Positions 46,240 through 55,936 of a stretch of DNA of 64,000 nucleotides are shown piece after piece (positions within the stretch are counted from its first letter, which is position 1; the number at the start of each line of letters is the position of its first letter). Location of the stretch: contig WFSL01000014.1 in assembly GCA_015486015.1 (NCBI GenBank), positions 7,650-71,649 of the forward strand, given 5' to 3'. A model generated the notes under the pieces. It was not told the origin of the DNA and did no database searches. It saw only the letters and a program-made list of their open reading frames with translations. The position numbers and the translations under genes were made by a program. Origin of the DNA: Aquificota bacterium. GTDB taxonomy: Bacteria; Thermosulfidibacterota; Thermosulfidibacteria; Thermosulfidibacterales; B14-G1.

Positions 46240-47687
46240 GACCGAGGATCTTGCGTTGCACCGCCGTGGTGGCGCTCCTTTTTTCACTGGTATCAGGCTC
46301 AGCCTGGGCCCACACGGGGTTCTGGCAAGACACGGGGCTCGCAATCCAGCTTGGTCTCTATCCCTTGGCCGAGAAAAGGTTAAAGGATTACAGGCCCAAA
46401 ACACCTCAAGAAAAGGCCCGACGTCTCCTTGCCTTAGGCTATGTATACCTGAGAGAACACGAAGAGAAGAAAGCGGCCCAGTGCCTCTCCAAAATCCCTC
46501 CCTCGTCCCCATATCATGACGCAGCTCAGGCCCTCTCCTGGAAAAGGGAAATGGAAGTGGAAGAGGTGAAAGGGGTGATCTCTCAGCTATCCCCTCCATA
46601 CCGGGTATTCACAGAGATCCTGAGTGCCCATCCCGCTGAGGCCCTGGACTACCTCTTGCTTAACAAGGGTTTTCTGCTTCCCGGAGAAGAGAAAAAGGGG
46701 ATCAAGGCAGCGTTTCAAAGCCTCTTCTGGAAGGGGGAGGACGAAAGGGTGCTGGCCATATTCAACAGGTTCCCATGGTTAGCCACAGATAAGGATGCTG
46801 TTTGGAAAGCAGCTCTGGTCCACTATCGGAGAGGCGAACTCTTAGATGCGCTCAGCCTCCTCTCCACACTTACTCCCAAGGCGCGCGTGCTCTTCTGGAA
46901 AGCAAAAATCCTGAAACTTATGGGAATGAGAAGAGAGGCGCAACATGCAATGAAGGAGGCCTCTGCAGAAAAGGGGTTCTATGCGTTCCTGGCCCAGGTG
47001 TCATTGGGGAGGGTTCCCAAAGCTCATCTCTGTCTGAGAAAGGCTATCGCCCCCCCTGCCCCATTACGAGAGCTGGTGGAGATGGGAATGGAGGATGTGG
47101 CAATCAAGGTGGTAATGAACAGGCTTTGGGCCCGAGAGATAAGCACTGAAGAGGCTTTGGCACTCCTATCCCCTATCAATCCTGCCCTGGCCATGAAGAT
47201 AAGGGGTCAAAGGGGAAGCGGTCAGAATTGCCTCTTATACCCATACAGACGCATGGTAGAGGCCTTCTGCAAGCTTTACGGCGTAGAGGTTCCCCTGGCC
47301 TATGCCATTATGAGGCAGGAGAGTCTCTACGATAGGATGGCTACCTCCAGTAGCGGGGCCTTGGGCCTGATGCAGGTTTTACCATCTACTGGTAGCTTCA
47401 TTTCCCAGGAGCTCGGAGAGGATGTGTATATCCCGGAGAAGCTCTATGTGCCGATCTTCGGCATCAGATATGGCATCTGGTATCTGGGTTACTTAGAGAA
47501 GCAGTTCCCCACGCTGCCATTGGTGGCGGCCGCCTACAACGCTGGGCCAACGGTGGTGGGCCATTGGTATCGCCAATGGAGGATGGGTTCAGCCCACGAG
47601 GTAGCAGAGTTCTTCCCAAAGGGGGAGACCAGGATATACGTGAGAAGGGTGATCACCTATTATTTATTATACTCCGCCGCCAATTAG
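46236..47687 (+). CDS. Soluble lytic transglycosylase (Slt-like) with signal peptide and TPR-like region
   Basis: Signal peptide ending AWA; RQES, GLMQ, AAYNAG, ETR.YV. Confidence 0.88.
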   Translation: MRPRILRCTAVVALLFSLVSGSAWAHTGFWQDTGLAIQLGLYPLAEKRLKDYRPKTPQEKARRLLALGYVYLREHEEKKAAQCLSKIPPSSPYHDAAQALSWKREMEVEEVKGVISQLSPPYRVFTEILSAHPAEALDYLLLNKGFLLPGEEKKGIKAAFQSLFWKGEDERVLAIFNRFPWLATDKDAVWKAALVHYRRGELLDALSLLSTLTPKARVLFWKAKILKLMGMRREAQHAMKEASAEKGFYAFLAQVSLGRVPKAHLCLRKAIAPPAPLRELVEMGMEDVAIKVVMNRLWAREISTEEALALLSPINPALAMKIRGQRGSGQNCLLYPYRRMVEAFCKLYGVEVPLAYAIMRQESLYDRMATSSSGALGLMQVLPSTGSFISQELGEDVYIPEKLYVPIFGIRYGIWYLGYLEKQFPTLPLVAAAYNAGPTVVGHWYRQWRMGSAHEVAEFFPKGETRIYVRRVITYYLLYSAAN

Positions 47688-47702
47688 GCAAACAAGCGAG
47701 CC

Positions 47703-47731
47703 TTGACCCTTATAACCATTGGCTTTAAAAT
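47703..47731 (+). promoter_or_regulatory. Putative sigma70 promoter of the coiled-coil gene
   Basis: TTGACC-17 nt-TAAAAT. Confidence 0.6.
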
Positions 47732-47749
47732 GAAAATTGTAGAATTGAC

Positions 47750-48247
47750 GTGGAGGGAAAGATGGAGATTGGCGAGGCCGTAAGAAAGGCCTTGAAGGAG
47801 ATGGTTCTTCCTGAGTTGAATCAGATCCACGATGAGTACAGGGAGATAAAGGCCACCCTAAGGGTAACCAACAAACGCTTGGATGATGTTAACCTGCATT
47901 TGGCAAACCAGAGCAGGCGCATCGATGAAACCAATAAGCGCATAGACGAAACTAACAAGCGCATAGACGAAACTAACAAGCGCATAGACGAAACCAACCA
48001 GAAGGTGGATGCCATCCATATGGACCTCATACACCGCATAGATGAAACTAACAAGCGCATCGATGAAACTAACCAGAAGGTGGATGCCATCCATATGGAC
48101 CTCATACACCGCATAGATGAAACTAATGGCCGGATAGACGAAGTGGTTCTCAGCATTGGCCGCCTGCACGAGGTCATTGTCAGGCGAGAGGAACACGAGG
48201 ATCTGAAGGAAAAACTCAGAAAGGTCACCCAGCAGATGGGACTTTAA
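47750..48247 (+). CDS. Coiled-coil heptad-repeat protein
   Basis: RIDETNK heptads and duplicated RIDETNKRIDETNQKVDAIHMDLIH. Confidence 0.8.
   Translation: MEGKMEIGEAVRKALKEMVLPELNQIHDEYREIKATLRVTNKRLDDVNLHLANQSRRIDETNKRIDETNKRIDETNKRIDETNQKVDAIHMDLIHRIDETNKRIDETNQKVDAIHMDLIHRIDETNGRIDEVVLSIGRLHEVIVRREEHEDLKEKLRKVTQQMGL
47918..48143 (+). repeat. Intragenic tandem repeat: 21-nt units plus a 75-nt higher-order duplication
   Basis: CGCAT(A/C)GA(C/T)GAAAC(T/C)AA(C/T)AAG units; CAGAAGGTGGATGCCATCCATATGGACCTCATACAC occurs twice. Confidence 0.9.
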
Positions 48248-48253
48248 TTCATT

Positions 48254-48283
48254 AAGTTAGTCTGCAAGAAGTTAGTCTGCAAG
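48254..48283. repeat. Perfect 15-bp tandem duplication at the bioD 3' end
   Basis: AAGTTAGTCTGCAAG AAGTTAGTCTGCAAG. Confidence 0.85.
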
Positions 48284-48997
48284 CATTTTCCATACCCTTT
48301 TTGCAAGCCCCCCCCAAGGATAGGAGTTTAAGCCTCCCATTTCGCTACTTTCCGTGGAAAGACCAGGGATCCGAGGGATTAAGCCCAGGATTTCCACATG
48401 CCCCATCTTTTCTATCACGGCAGGACTGGTTTCCTCAGCCAACCCAGGCTCCTCTGGATATCCCGATATCACCACCCCCAAAATCCTCAGACCTATGGCC
48501 CTGGCCACACTCACCGTAAGGAGGGTGTGATTTATGGTGCCCAAGGAGGGACGGGCCACTATCAATAGTGGCAGCCCTAAAAGCTTGGCCAAATCAGCAT
48601 AGGTAACATTATCCACCAGCGGGACGAGTAACCCCCCTGCCCCCTCCACTATCGTGATGGGATGGCTCCTCACCCATTCCTTAAATTTGGCCTCTATCAC
48701 GGCCAGATCCACCCTCATCCCCTCCATCTCTGCAGCTACAGCAGGGGCAAGGGGTGCTTTTAGCCTATAAAGGACAACAGCGCTAAGGGGTTCTTGTGCC
48801 TTGGCACAACGCTTTAGAAAGACCCCATCCTTTGGCTCATCCTCCACACCGCTCTCTGCAGGCTTGAATACACCGGGGCTTAGTCCCAATTCCCTGAATC
48901 CCAAGGCCAACCCCCCAGCCACCACGGTCTTACCCACGCCCGTGCCTGTCCCTGTTACCATTAGGGCCCTACCCTTACGCCGTCTCAACACCTCCAC
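48272..48997 (-). CDS. bioD: Dethiobiotin synthase
   Basis: VTGTGTGVGKT, FKP.ESG, VEGAGG, LGTINHT; start approximate. Confidence 0.93.
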   Translation of the reverse strand: MEVLRRRKGRALMVTGTGTGVGKTVVAGGLALGFRELGLSPGVFKPAESGVEDEPKDGVFLKRCAKAQEPLSAVVLYRLKAPLAPAVAAEMEGMRVDLAVIEAKFKEWVRSHPITIVEGAGGLLVPLVDNVTYADLAKLLGLPLLIVARPSLGTINHTLLTVSVARAIGLRILGVVISGYPEEPGLAEETSPAVIEKMGHVEILGLIPRIPGLSTESSEMGGLNSYPWGGLAKRVWKMLAD

Positions 48998-49041
48998 CCC
49001 CAGCTTGCCTATCCCCCTTCTCTCCACTATAGACCAAAACC

Positions 49042-49830
49042 ATGAAGGGAGAAACTGTAAAGTTGGGAGACCTGCTCCTCCTCGCCTCCCCTGAAGGGAA
49101 GGAGTTCTTGGTGGCAGCGGATGAGAGGCCCTTTGGTACCCACATGGGGAACCTGAACTTGAGAGACATAATAGGTGCACCCTGGGGCACCACAGTGACC
49201 ACACACATAGGAAAGGAGCTCTATGTGTTGAAGCCCTCCCTTAACGATCTTATTAGGCACATCAGGCGCCAGACCCAGATCATCTTTCCCAAGGACGTGG
49301 GCTTTATCCTTGTAAAACTGAACATAGGTCCTGGGGGAAGTGTGATAGAATGTGGCACAGGCAGCGGTGGCCTCACCTTGGCTCTTGCTTGGTTGGTGGG
49401 CCCCGATGGAATGGTGGTATCCTATGAACGTGACGAGGCCTTTTCTCAACTGGCCCGGCAAAACCTCCAGCGAGTGGGGTTGGAAAGTAGGGTGACCTTC
49501 AAGGTGAGGGACGCAAGAGGGGGCTTTGATGAAAGGGGCATGGATGCCGTCTTCCTCGACCTGCGCTCCCCTTGGGAATACTTAGAACAGGCCTACCAAG
49601 CGCTGGCAGGGGGAAGAACCCTGGGCATCTTGGTGCCCACCACAAACCAGGTGAGCAGGGTCCTGGGCTCCTTAGAAGACGCGGGCTTCGTTTATCCTGA
49701 GGTGTGCGAGATCCTCTTGCGCTACTACAAACCCAATGCAGAGAGGCTCAGACCCCAGGACAGGATGGTGGCACACACGGGGTATCTCATATTTGCCAGA
49801 AAGGCACTAAAAGGAGGCAGCAATGGATGA
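49042..49830 (+). CDS. trmI: tRNA (adenine-58-N1)-methyltransferase
   Basis: RQTQIIFPKD, ECGTGSG, DAVFLDL..PW, MVAHTGYL. Confidence 0.92.
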   Translation: MKGETVKLGDLLLLASPEGKEFLVAADERPFGTHMGNLNLRDIIGAPWGTTVTTHIGKELYVLKPSLNDLIRHIRRQTQIIFPKDVGFILVKLNIGPGGSVIECGTGSGGLTLALAWLVGPDGMVVSYERDEAFSQLARQNLQRVGLESRVTFKVRDARGGFDERGMDAVFLDLRSPWEYLEQAYQALAGGRTLGILVPTTNQVSRVLGSLEDAGFVYPEVCEILLRYYKPNAERLRPQDRMVAHTGYLIFARKALKGGSNG

Positions 49831-50803
49831 AAGGAAGATAGACTACCAGGAGACCTTCCATTCCCTGGGGAGGTATCACCCCTCCCTAAGTGGGATAGAT
49901 CTCCTCTACTACGGCAACGGGCGGCTGAGCTCCAACATCTACATCTTAGAAGGGGGGCGCACCCTCATAGACCTGGGAAACTTCGGGGGACTGGTGGGCG
50001 AGCTGATGGACCACTATAAAGGGATAGAGGTGGAGCAGGTCATCTTCACCCACGCCCACTTAGACCACTTGGGGGGCTTGGGTGAAATCCTCAGCCGCTG
50101 GACCCCAAAGATCATCATCCACAAGGCCGAACTCGAATGCCGCCTTCCCAGCGATATAACCTTAGGGGAAGGCCTCAAGGAGATGGGTATAACAGAGATC
50201 CAGGGGCTTGAGGGCAACGAGGATATTCCCCTCTCAGACAGAACCCTTAGAGTGCTCTACACCCCAGGCCATACACCAGGCTCCATCAGCCTCTATGACC
50301 CCGCAAAGGGGGTGCTCTTCTCCGGGGACACGGCCTTCCCCATGATGGGAGAAGAGATCCTCCTGACGGCCCCCGATCCCCAGGGTGGAGACCTACAAGA
50401 ACTCACAGAGTCCATCCGCATGCTCATCCATCTGGAAATCCAAGCCATGCTCCCAGGCCACCTCTTCCCAGTATGGGGAAACGTCAGGGAACACCTCAAG
50501 AGGACCTATTTCGAGCTTCAGCTCCAGCTTCAAGGAAGGGAAGACATGGCCTTAATAAACGCTGGAATCCTCTCTGCTGATCTGGGTGATCTGGAAGAGG
50601 CTGTGGCCTTCTTTGATCGTGTCCTGGAGAAGGCCCCCAACCACCCAGGTGCCTGTTTCACTAAAGGGCTGGCCTGCTATCAGATGGGCAAATTCAAAGA
50701 GGCCATAGAACTCTTCGACAGGGCCTTAGAGGTGATCCCCAACTTCCAGGAGGCCCAACAGGCCCGGAGGATGGCGGCCATAGCCCTCGCCGGCAGGGAG
50801 TAA
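49823..50803 (+). CDS. MBL-fold metallo-hydrolase with C-terminal TPR repeats (paralogue 1)
   Basis: SSNIY, THAHLDH, TPGHT, SGD, PGH; C-terminal TPRs; overlaps trmI stop. Confidence 0.87.
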   Translation: MDERKIDYQETFHSLGRYHPSLSGIDLLYYGNGRLSSNIYILEGGRTLIDLGNFGGLVGELMDHYKGIEVEQVIFTHAHLDHLGGLGEILSRWTPKIIIHKAELECRLPSDITLGEGLKEMGITEIQGLEGNEDIPLSDRTLRVLYTPGHTPGSISLYDPAKGVLFSGDTAFPMMGEEILLTAPDPQGGDLQELTESIRMLIHLEIQAMLPGHLFPVWGNVREHLKRTYFELQLQLQGREDMALINAGILSADLGDLEEAVAFFDRVLEKAPNHPGACFTKGLACYQMGKFKEAIELFDRALEVIPNFQEAQQARRMAAIALAGRE

Positions 50804-51173
50804 GGCCTGAGCCAACCCAAGGAGCACCTCACCATCCCCATGGGCACCTTCCCCATGGGGGCATCAACCCCTTTAATCGGAAAGGGTTACTGCTTGAGCG
50901 ATGATTATATAACATTGTTAAAATAAAGATGGTAGAGGGGCCCATTGAAAAATGGACCTCTTCTTAAAATCAATGATTTTGATGGTTTATTTATGAAACA
51001 CAAATGAAGGATAGGTGGACGGGGAGGGTGAGGCCCCCATTTCCTCACCTCTTGGTGTGTAGATGCCTTCTAATACAGAATCTTTGAGGCAGCACAGAAG
51101 ACGCCCATCCTGGAACTATTAACCTGGTTTTACTTCAATTACAAATATTTTACCGTTCCTCTGGCCAACCCTA

Positions 51174-51202
51174 TTGACAAAAAGCATAAAGTCTTTTAGT
51201 TT
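51174..51202 (+). promoter_or_regulatory. Putative strong sigma70 promoter of the CoA-transferase operon
   Basis: TTGACA-17 nt-TAGTTT in an AT-rich ~530-bp intergenic region. Confidence 0.65.
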
Positions 51203-51256
51203 TGATCTCACCAGAGGGGAGTTATCCTCGAGATCAGCCATGAAAGGGGGTGATAG

Positions 51257-51334
51257 ATGGTTGGGATAAGAGAAAGGTTTTTTGGGGAACTGCGTGTAGG
51301 TGTTGGGCAATACTACTTTGATGAGGGAGGTTAG
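51257..51334 (+). CDS. Possible 25-aa leader peptide [25 protein letters not shown]
   Basis: SD-like AAAGGGGGTGA just upstream of ATG; stop 4 nt before the next ATG; too short for the ORF track. Confidence 0.35.
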   Translation: MVGIRERFFGELRVGVGQYYFDEGG

Positions 51335-51338
51335 AGAA

Positions 51339-52892
51339 ATGGCAGAAGAAATAAAGCTTACACTCCCACCCGAGGCAGAATACAGGCATAGGCCGAGGAA
51401 GGTGCAGGAGGTGAAGGAGATCGAGATCAACTCCAGGGAAGACACCTTGGATCTCAACCATCCTGACGTGAGACCCTGGCCTGTCACACCTGCCCCTTCG
51501 CCGGACTGGGTGATGGAAAATCTTTATAAGCCTAGACATGCCGAGGAGTTTGGAAAGTGGTGCGAGGACAACCTGCGTAAGGACTATGCCCACCTGAAAC
51601 CCGAGGCCCTGCAGGGGTACAGGGTTTTGGAGGTGGGCACATGGAAGGAGAGCGGCCCCTTTGCCTGTTCCCTGCTGGCGGAGCTGGGGGCCGAGGTGAT
51701 CAAGGTGGAGCCCCCGGGGGGCGATCCCTTGAGGAAGCTCACCCCCTTCGGCAGGGAGGAGTACATGCTGAAGGATACCTATACGGGGGAGCCCTGCGGC
51801 TTGGCCTTCATCCATGAGTGCCGCAACAAGTACTCCATCACCCTCAATCTGGATACTGAGGAAGGCCAGGAGATGTTCAAGGGCCTGGCGGCCAGTGCAG
51901 ATGTCATTGTGGAGTACTATCCCCCTGGGTACATGGATGAGAGGGGGTTGAGCTACAGGTATCTGTCCAAGATCAATCCCAGGCTGGTCTATGCCTGGAC
52001 GGGCGAGGTAGGCCAGTGGGGACCCTGGAAGGATGAGGTCTCCAAGTTTGGTCAGCCCATGCTGGACCCCTTCGGGATGGTGGCCTGCTCCTGGGTCCAC
52101 AATACGGGATTCCCACCTGACCTGCTCCCCAGGGAGATGGGTGGTAACCCCACCAGGTCTGGACCCTGGTTTGCCGACTTCACCGCAGGCGAGCAGGTGG
52201 CAGTGAGTGTCCTGGCGGCCCTGTACTGGAGGGACGAGTTCAGCGGAGAGGGCCAGTTCATTGAGGTCACCTCCGCCGAGGCCCTCATGGACATCCTGGA
52301 CTTCGACATCACCTGGTACGGCTTCAACGCCAGCATAAAGGCCAGAACGGGTTCCTGGGACCCCAACCTGAACCAGTATGCCTGGAACCCCTGCAGGGAT
52401 GGGTACATGATGATCGGGGGTCAGACCGACAGGCTCTGGTATAGGATCGGGATGTGCATCGAGAGGGACTATCCAGAGTTTGGCAGGCTCATCGGTGAGG
52501 ATCCCCTGCTCAAGGAGATGGGGGCCAGGAACGCCTTGGAGGCCCTCACCAAGACCTATACCCTCACCACCAGGTGGCTCAGAAATATCTGCCGGTACGA
52601 GGCGGAGCAGAAGCTCTTGGAGTACGAGGTGGCAGCAGGACCCGTGCTCTTCATTGACGAGGTTTCGGAGTTCCCCCACTTCAAGTACCGCCCCTGGGTT
52701 GACACCATTGAGGACGAGCACTACGGGACCATACTCTTTTCCTACCCGCCAGATGGCTACCAGATGAGGACCCCCGCCAGGGTGAAGTGGCTGGGGCGGC
52801 CCCTGGGCAAGGATAACTACGAGATCTATATGAAGTATCTGGGCATAGATCAGTGGAAACTGAGAGAACTTGAGGAGAAGGGGGTAGTGTGA
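51339..52892 (+). CDS. Family III (CaiB/BaiF) CoA-transferase subunit A with N-terminal extension
   Basis: [61 protein letters not shown]. Confidence 0.9.
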   Translation: MAEEIKLTLPPEAEYRHRPRKVQEVKEIEINSREDTLDLNHPDVRPWPVTPAPSPDWVMENLYKPRHAEEFGKWCEDNLRKDYAHLKPEALQGYRVLEVGTWKESGPFACSLLAELGAEVIKVEPPGGDPLRKLTPFGREEYMLKDTYTGEPCGLAFIHECRNKYSITLNLDTEEGQEMFKGLAASADVIVEYYPPGYMDERGLSYRYLSKINPRLVYAWTGEVGQWGPWKDEVSKFGQPMLDPFGMVACSWVHNTGFPPDLLPREMGGNPTRSGPWFADFTAGEQVAVSVLAALYWRDEFSGEGQFIEVTSAEALMDILDFDITWYGFNASIKARTGSWDPNLNQYAWNPCRDGYMMIGGQTDRLWYRIGMCIERDYPEFGRLIGEDPLLKEMGARNALEALTKTYTLTTRWLRNICRYEAEQKLLEYEVAAGPVLFIDEVSEFPHFKYRPWVDTIEDEHYGTILFSYPPDGYQMRTPARVKWLGRPLGKDNYEIYMKYLGIDQWKLRELEEKGVV

Positions 52893-54334
52893 TGTTGATC
52901 AAACAGGGGAAAAAGGGATTGGATAAGAAGTTTGAGAGGATACCATTAGAGGATCAGCCTGGGCCAAAGAGCCAGGAGGAAATGGATGAGATGAAGATGC
53001 CCTATGAGGAGTACTGCCGCAAGGTCTTCGATGTGGGCAACGAGTTTGTGAAGCCCACAGCCCTCAAGGGCATCAGGTGGCTCAGCACCACCATGTATAT
53101 CTTCACTCCCCACTCTGTCACCAACCTGGCGGAGCTGGGGGCAGAGGTGATCAAGATCGAGATGCCCAGGATGGGAGACCCCATGCGCCATACGTCTCCC
53201 TTCAACGAGGCGTATGTCTATCCCCTCCACGACACCAGGCCCATGACGGGTACCGGGGTGGCATGTTTCAACGCCAACGTGAACGAGTACTACATTAGCA
53301 TGGACTACCACAGGGAGGAGATCAAGGAGGCCTTCTACACCCTGGTGAGGATGTCCGATGGGCTCACCCAGTGCTACAGGCCTGGGACATTCGACAGGTG
53401 GAAGCAGAGCTACAGGTATCTCCAGGAGATCAACCCCAGGTTCATCTCCGTGTGGGGTGGCGGGTTCGGATACGGCCCAAAGATCTGGGGAGGCTCCTAC
53501 GACATCCTGGGACAGGCCCATGCCGGCCTGGCCAGCATCACCGGCTTCCACGAGGACTTTGGAGGCCACCCCACCAAGAGCACAAACTGGAACATCGACT
53601 GGTACTCTGGCACCCAGATCACCGTGGCCATTCTGGCCGCCCTGCTCTGGAGGAGGAAGACAGGTCTGGGCACCAAGATCGAATTCTCCCAGGTGCAGGC
53701 CTCCACCAGGTGCTTGGAGTACGGCGTTCCTCTGTACGGCAGGTTCGGCATCGTCCGCCAGCGTTGGGGCAACTGGGATACCCAGCTCTGTGTGCACGGC
53801 ATCATTATATGCGGCAAGTCCGACTATCCCAATGATAAGAACCCACAGCTCAGAGATGAGGCCAGGTACGTGATGGTGAGTGCCTTCAACGACCCCGACT
53901 TCAAGGAGCTGTGCAACGTGATCAAGAGGCCCGATCTATATGAAAAGTACAAGACCCACAAGCAGAGGGTGGAGGCAGAGGCCCAGGTGGAGATCTACCA
54001 CGAGCTGGAGAAGTGGGCCGCCGACAAGAGCCGATCTGAGGTAACCAGGATCCTGAAGGACGCAGGACTCTTAGCCATGCCTGTCTATAACGACAAGGAG
54101 GTTTACGAGTCTCCCCACTTCAGGCAGAGGGGTACTGTCCGGTGGCAGGCCGATCCCTGGTACGGAGATGCCGTGGTCCATAGCACCTACTCTGCTGGTC
54201 TTATGTCCAAGACCCCCAGGCGGAAGTTCTGGGATCTCAGGCCTGTGGGCGGCGACAACGTGAAGATCTACCACGAGTTGCTGGGCATTCCTTTGAGCAC
54301 CATCAAGGAATGGTACGAGAAGACCATCATATAG
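52889..54334 (+). CDS. Family III CoA-transferase subunit B with N-terminal extension
   Basis: [50 protein letters not shown]; GTGATG coupling with subunit A. Confidence 0.88.
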   Translation: MMLIKQGKKGLDKKFERIPLEDQPGPKSQEEMDEMKMPYEEYCRKVFDVGNEFVKPTALKGIRWLSTTMYIFTPHSVTNLAELGAEVIKIEMPRMGDPMRHTSPFNEAYVYPLHDTRPMTGTGVACFNANVNEYYISMDYHREEIKEAFYTLVRMSDGLTQCYRPGTFDRWKQSYRYLQEINPRFISVWGGGFGYGPKIWGGSYDILGQAHAGLASITGFHEDFGGHPTKSTNWNIDWYSGTQITVAILAALLWRRKTGLGTKIEFSQVQASTRCLEYGVPLYGRFGIVRQRWGNWDTQLCVHGIIICGKSDYPNDKNPQLRDEARYVMVSAFNDPDFKELCNVIKRPDLYEKYKTHKQRVEAEAQVEIYHELEKWAADKSRSEVTRILKDAGLLAMPVYNDKEVYESPHFRQRGTVRWQADPWYGDAVVHSTYSAGLMSKTPRRKFWDLRPVGGDNVKIYHELLGIPLSTIKEWYEKTII

Positions 54335-54347
54335 GGGGAGAGAAGAG

Positions 54348-54839
54348 ATGTGTGATATCATCTGGTGCAAAAAGGTGAAGGAAGACGGTACGGTGTGCAA
54401 CACCGTGAACTATTTAGATCCCTTCAACTTCTGGAACTGGGAGGGGACCATCGCCTGTGCAGAGTGTGGCACCGTCTACTACATCCACATGATCCAGGGC
54501 TGGATGTACAGAGGGCCAGAGGAGCAGCCCCCTGGCACCAAACCCGATATCCTCCCCGTCTATGCCGACAAGCCCTTGGAGGGTTATGTGCGCTACAGGC
54601 CTGGAGTGGAGGGCAGGACCAGACCCTATCTGTGCCTGCCCAGGGACATCTATCTGGGTGTGCCTGACCCCAGGCGCTTCAGCATCAGGGGATACCCCGT
54701 AAGGGGATGGCCAAACCAGCCGCCCTCCACAGGCATAGCGGGGTCTGCTGGCTTCAAGTGGGAGATAGAGAAGCTCTCACCTGAGGTGTGGCAGGAGTTC
54801 TTGGAGAAGAAGAAGAAGGGCGAGGTCAGGGATTGGTAA
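54348..54839 (+). CDS. Uncharacterised Cys-rich (Zn-ribbon-like) protein
   Basis: C-x4-C-x9-C ... CAEC; RBS GGGGGAG; same codon style as the operon. Confidence 0.75.
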   Translation: MCDIIWCKKVKEDGTVCNTVNYLDPFNFWNWEGTIACAECGTVYYIHMIQGWMYRGPEEQPPGTKPDILPVYADKPLEGYVRYRPGVEGRTRPYLCLPRDIYLGVPDPRRFSIRGYPVRGWPNQPPSTGIAGSAGFKWEIEKLSPEVWQEFLEKKKKGEVRDW

Positions 54840-54854
54840 AAAGGAGGAGATGCC

Positions 54855-55115
54855 ATGGGAATTGATAGGAGCTTTTTGGAAAAACCCGTAAGTGAGATGA
54901 CCCCAGACGAGTACCGGCTCATGATATTAGAGCCAGAAAAGGATACCGATCATATTTGCTGGAACTGTCGGCACTTCAAACCTGTGATCAAGAACTCCAA
55001 CTTTCCTCCAGCGGATATCATCGGTTGGTGCAAGAAGATCCACTGGCCATTCTACTGGTGTATCCCTGAGCACAGGATCGTGAAGAAGTGCTATGCCTAT
55101 GAACCCATAAAGTAG
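54855..55115 (+). CDS. Small putative [4Fe-4S] protein (BssC/BssB-like Cys spacing)
   Basis: CWNCRHFKP...GWC...KKCYAY; AGGAGG RBS. Confidence 0.7.
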   Translation: MGIDRSFLEKPVSEMTPDEYRLMILEPEKDTDHICWNCRHFKPVIKNSNFPPADIIGWCKKIHWPFYWCIPEHRIVKKCYAYEPIK

Positions 55116-55128
55116 GAGAAGAGGGGGC

Positions 55129-55437
55129 ATGGACGAGGACGTCAAAAGAGAGCTCGAGGACCTGAAGAGCATGGTTACAGCCTGGAAGGAGAGCTACATC
55201 AAACTGGCCAGAGAAGAGGGGGGAGGCGAATACTTGGTAGAGGAATACGGGGCCGAGATAGAAGAGTTCGTCTTCCCCTATGTCTTCAAGATCATGAAGC
55301 TGGGCGGTATGGAGATGTGGGAGCTGGAGGAGTTTTCCCAGTTCTGCCAGCAACAGGTTCTGGAGTTCCGTGAAGCCCTTATAGACATGGGGGCAATCTT
55401 GGTGGAAAAGGAGGAGAGCGATGCCAGAGAGGTATAG
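55129..55437 (+). CDS. Uncharacterised acidic helical protein
   Basis: Glu-rich 102-aa ORF with RBS, packed within the operon. Confidence 0.7.
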   Translation: MDEDVKRELEDLKSMVTAWKESYIKLAREEGGGEYLVEEYGAEIEEFVFPYVFKIMKLGGMEMWELEEFSQFCQQQVLEFREALIDMGAILVEKEESDAREV

Positions 55438-55852
55438 AGTGGTGTTGTGCGGGTTCGATCCTATGCTCGTCAGGGGGTATGTGAAAACGGGTGCCCGGGC
55501 CATCTGGTGGTACCTGAGCAACGAGACATTCGACAAGTACAAACCCCAGCCAGGCCAGAAAGTGGAGGGAAAGCTCTTGGCCGTCTATGACTGGGGTGGG
55601 GAGAAACTGGCAGAGCCCAACGAGCCCTTTGAGTGGACCACCACAAAGGAGTCGGGCTATGCCGTACTGGTCCCCCCTGAGGCCATAGTAAAATATGAGC
55701 TCACCGCCTGGAAGTACCTGGAGCTCATTGTGGAGAGGATAGCGGGGCAGGACATATATCCCGGCGAGGAGAAGGCCTTCAAGCTGTGGCCATTCGAGAC
55801 CATGGGCAAGGTCCATCCTTACAGGCTGGATTACATACCACCCATTGACTGA
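55421..55852 (+). CDS. Uncharacterised protein
   Basis: 143-aa ORF, AGGAGGAG RBS, overlaps the previous gene. Confidence 0.75.
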   Translation: MPERYRVVLCGFDPMLVRGYVKTGARAIWWYLSNETFDKYKPQPGQKVEGKLLAVYDWGGEKLAEPNEPFEWTTTKESGYAVLVPPEAIVKYELTAWKYLELIVERIAGQDIYPGEEKAFKLWPFETMGKVHPYRLDYIPPID

Positions 55853-55874
55853 CCCCGCCCGATTGACATTACCG

Positions 55875-55901
55875 GCTCCCTCTCCGTATAGGAGGGGGAG
55901 C
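55875..55901 (+). terminator. Hairpin after the 143-aa gene (possible terminator)
   Basis: GCTCCCTCTCC-GTATA-GGAGGGGGAGC then ATTTC. Confidence 0.5.
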
Positions 55902-55936
55902 ATTTCTATGATATCCCTACGAGGAGACAACACCTT

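Noticed and set aside
47918-48143. Short direct repeats resembling a CRISPR array
   Set aside because: The units are in-frame 21-nt codon repeats without unique spacers, and no cas genes are present.
51234-52721. 495-aa antisense ORF, and the 283-aa one at 52946-53797
   Set aside because: In-register shadows of the CoA-transferase genes caused by codon bias; no recognisable motifs.
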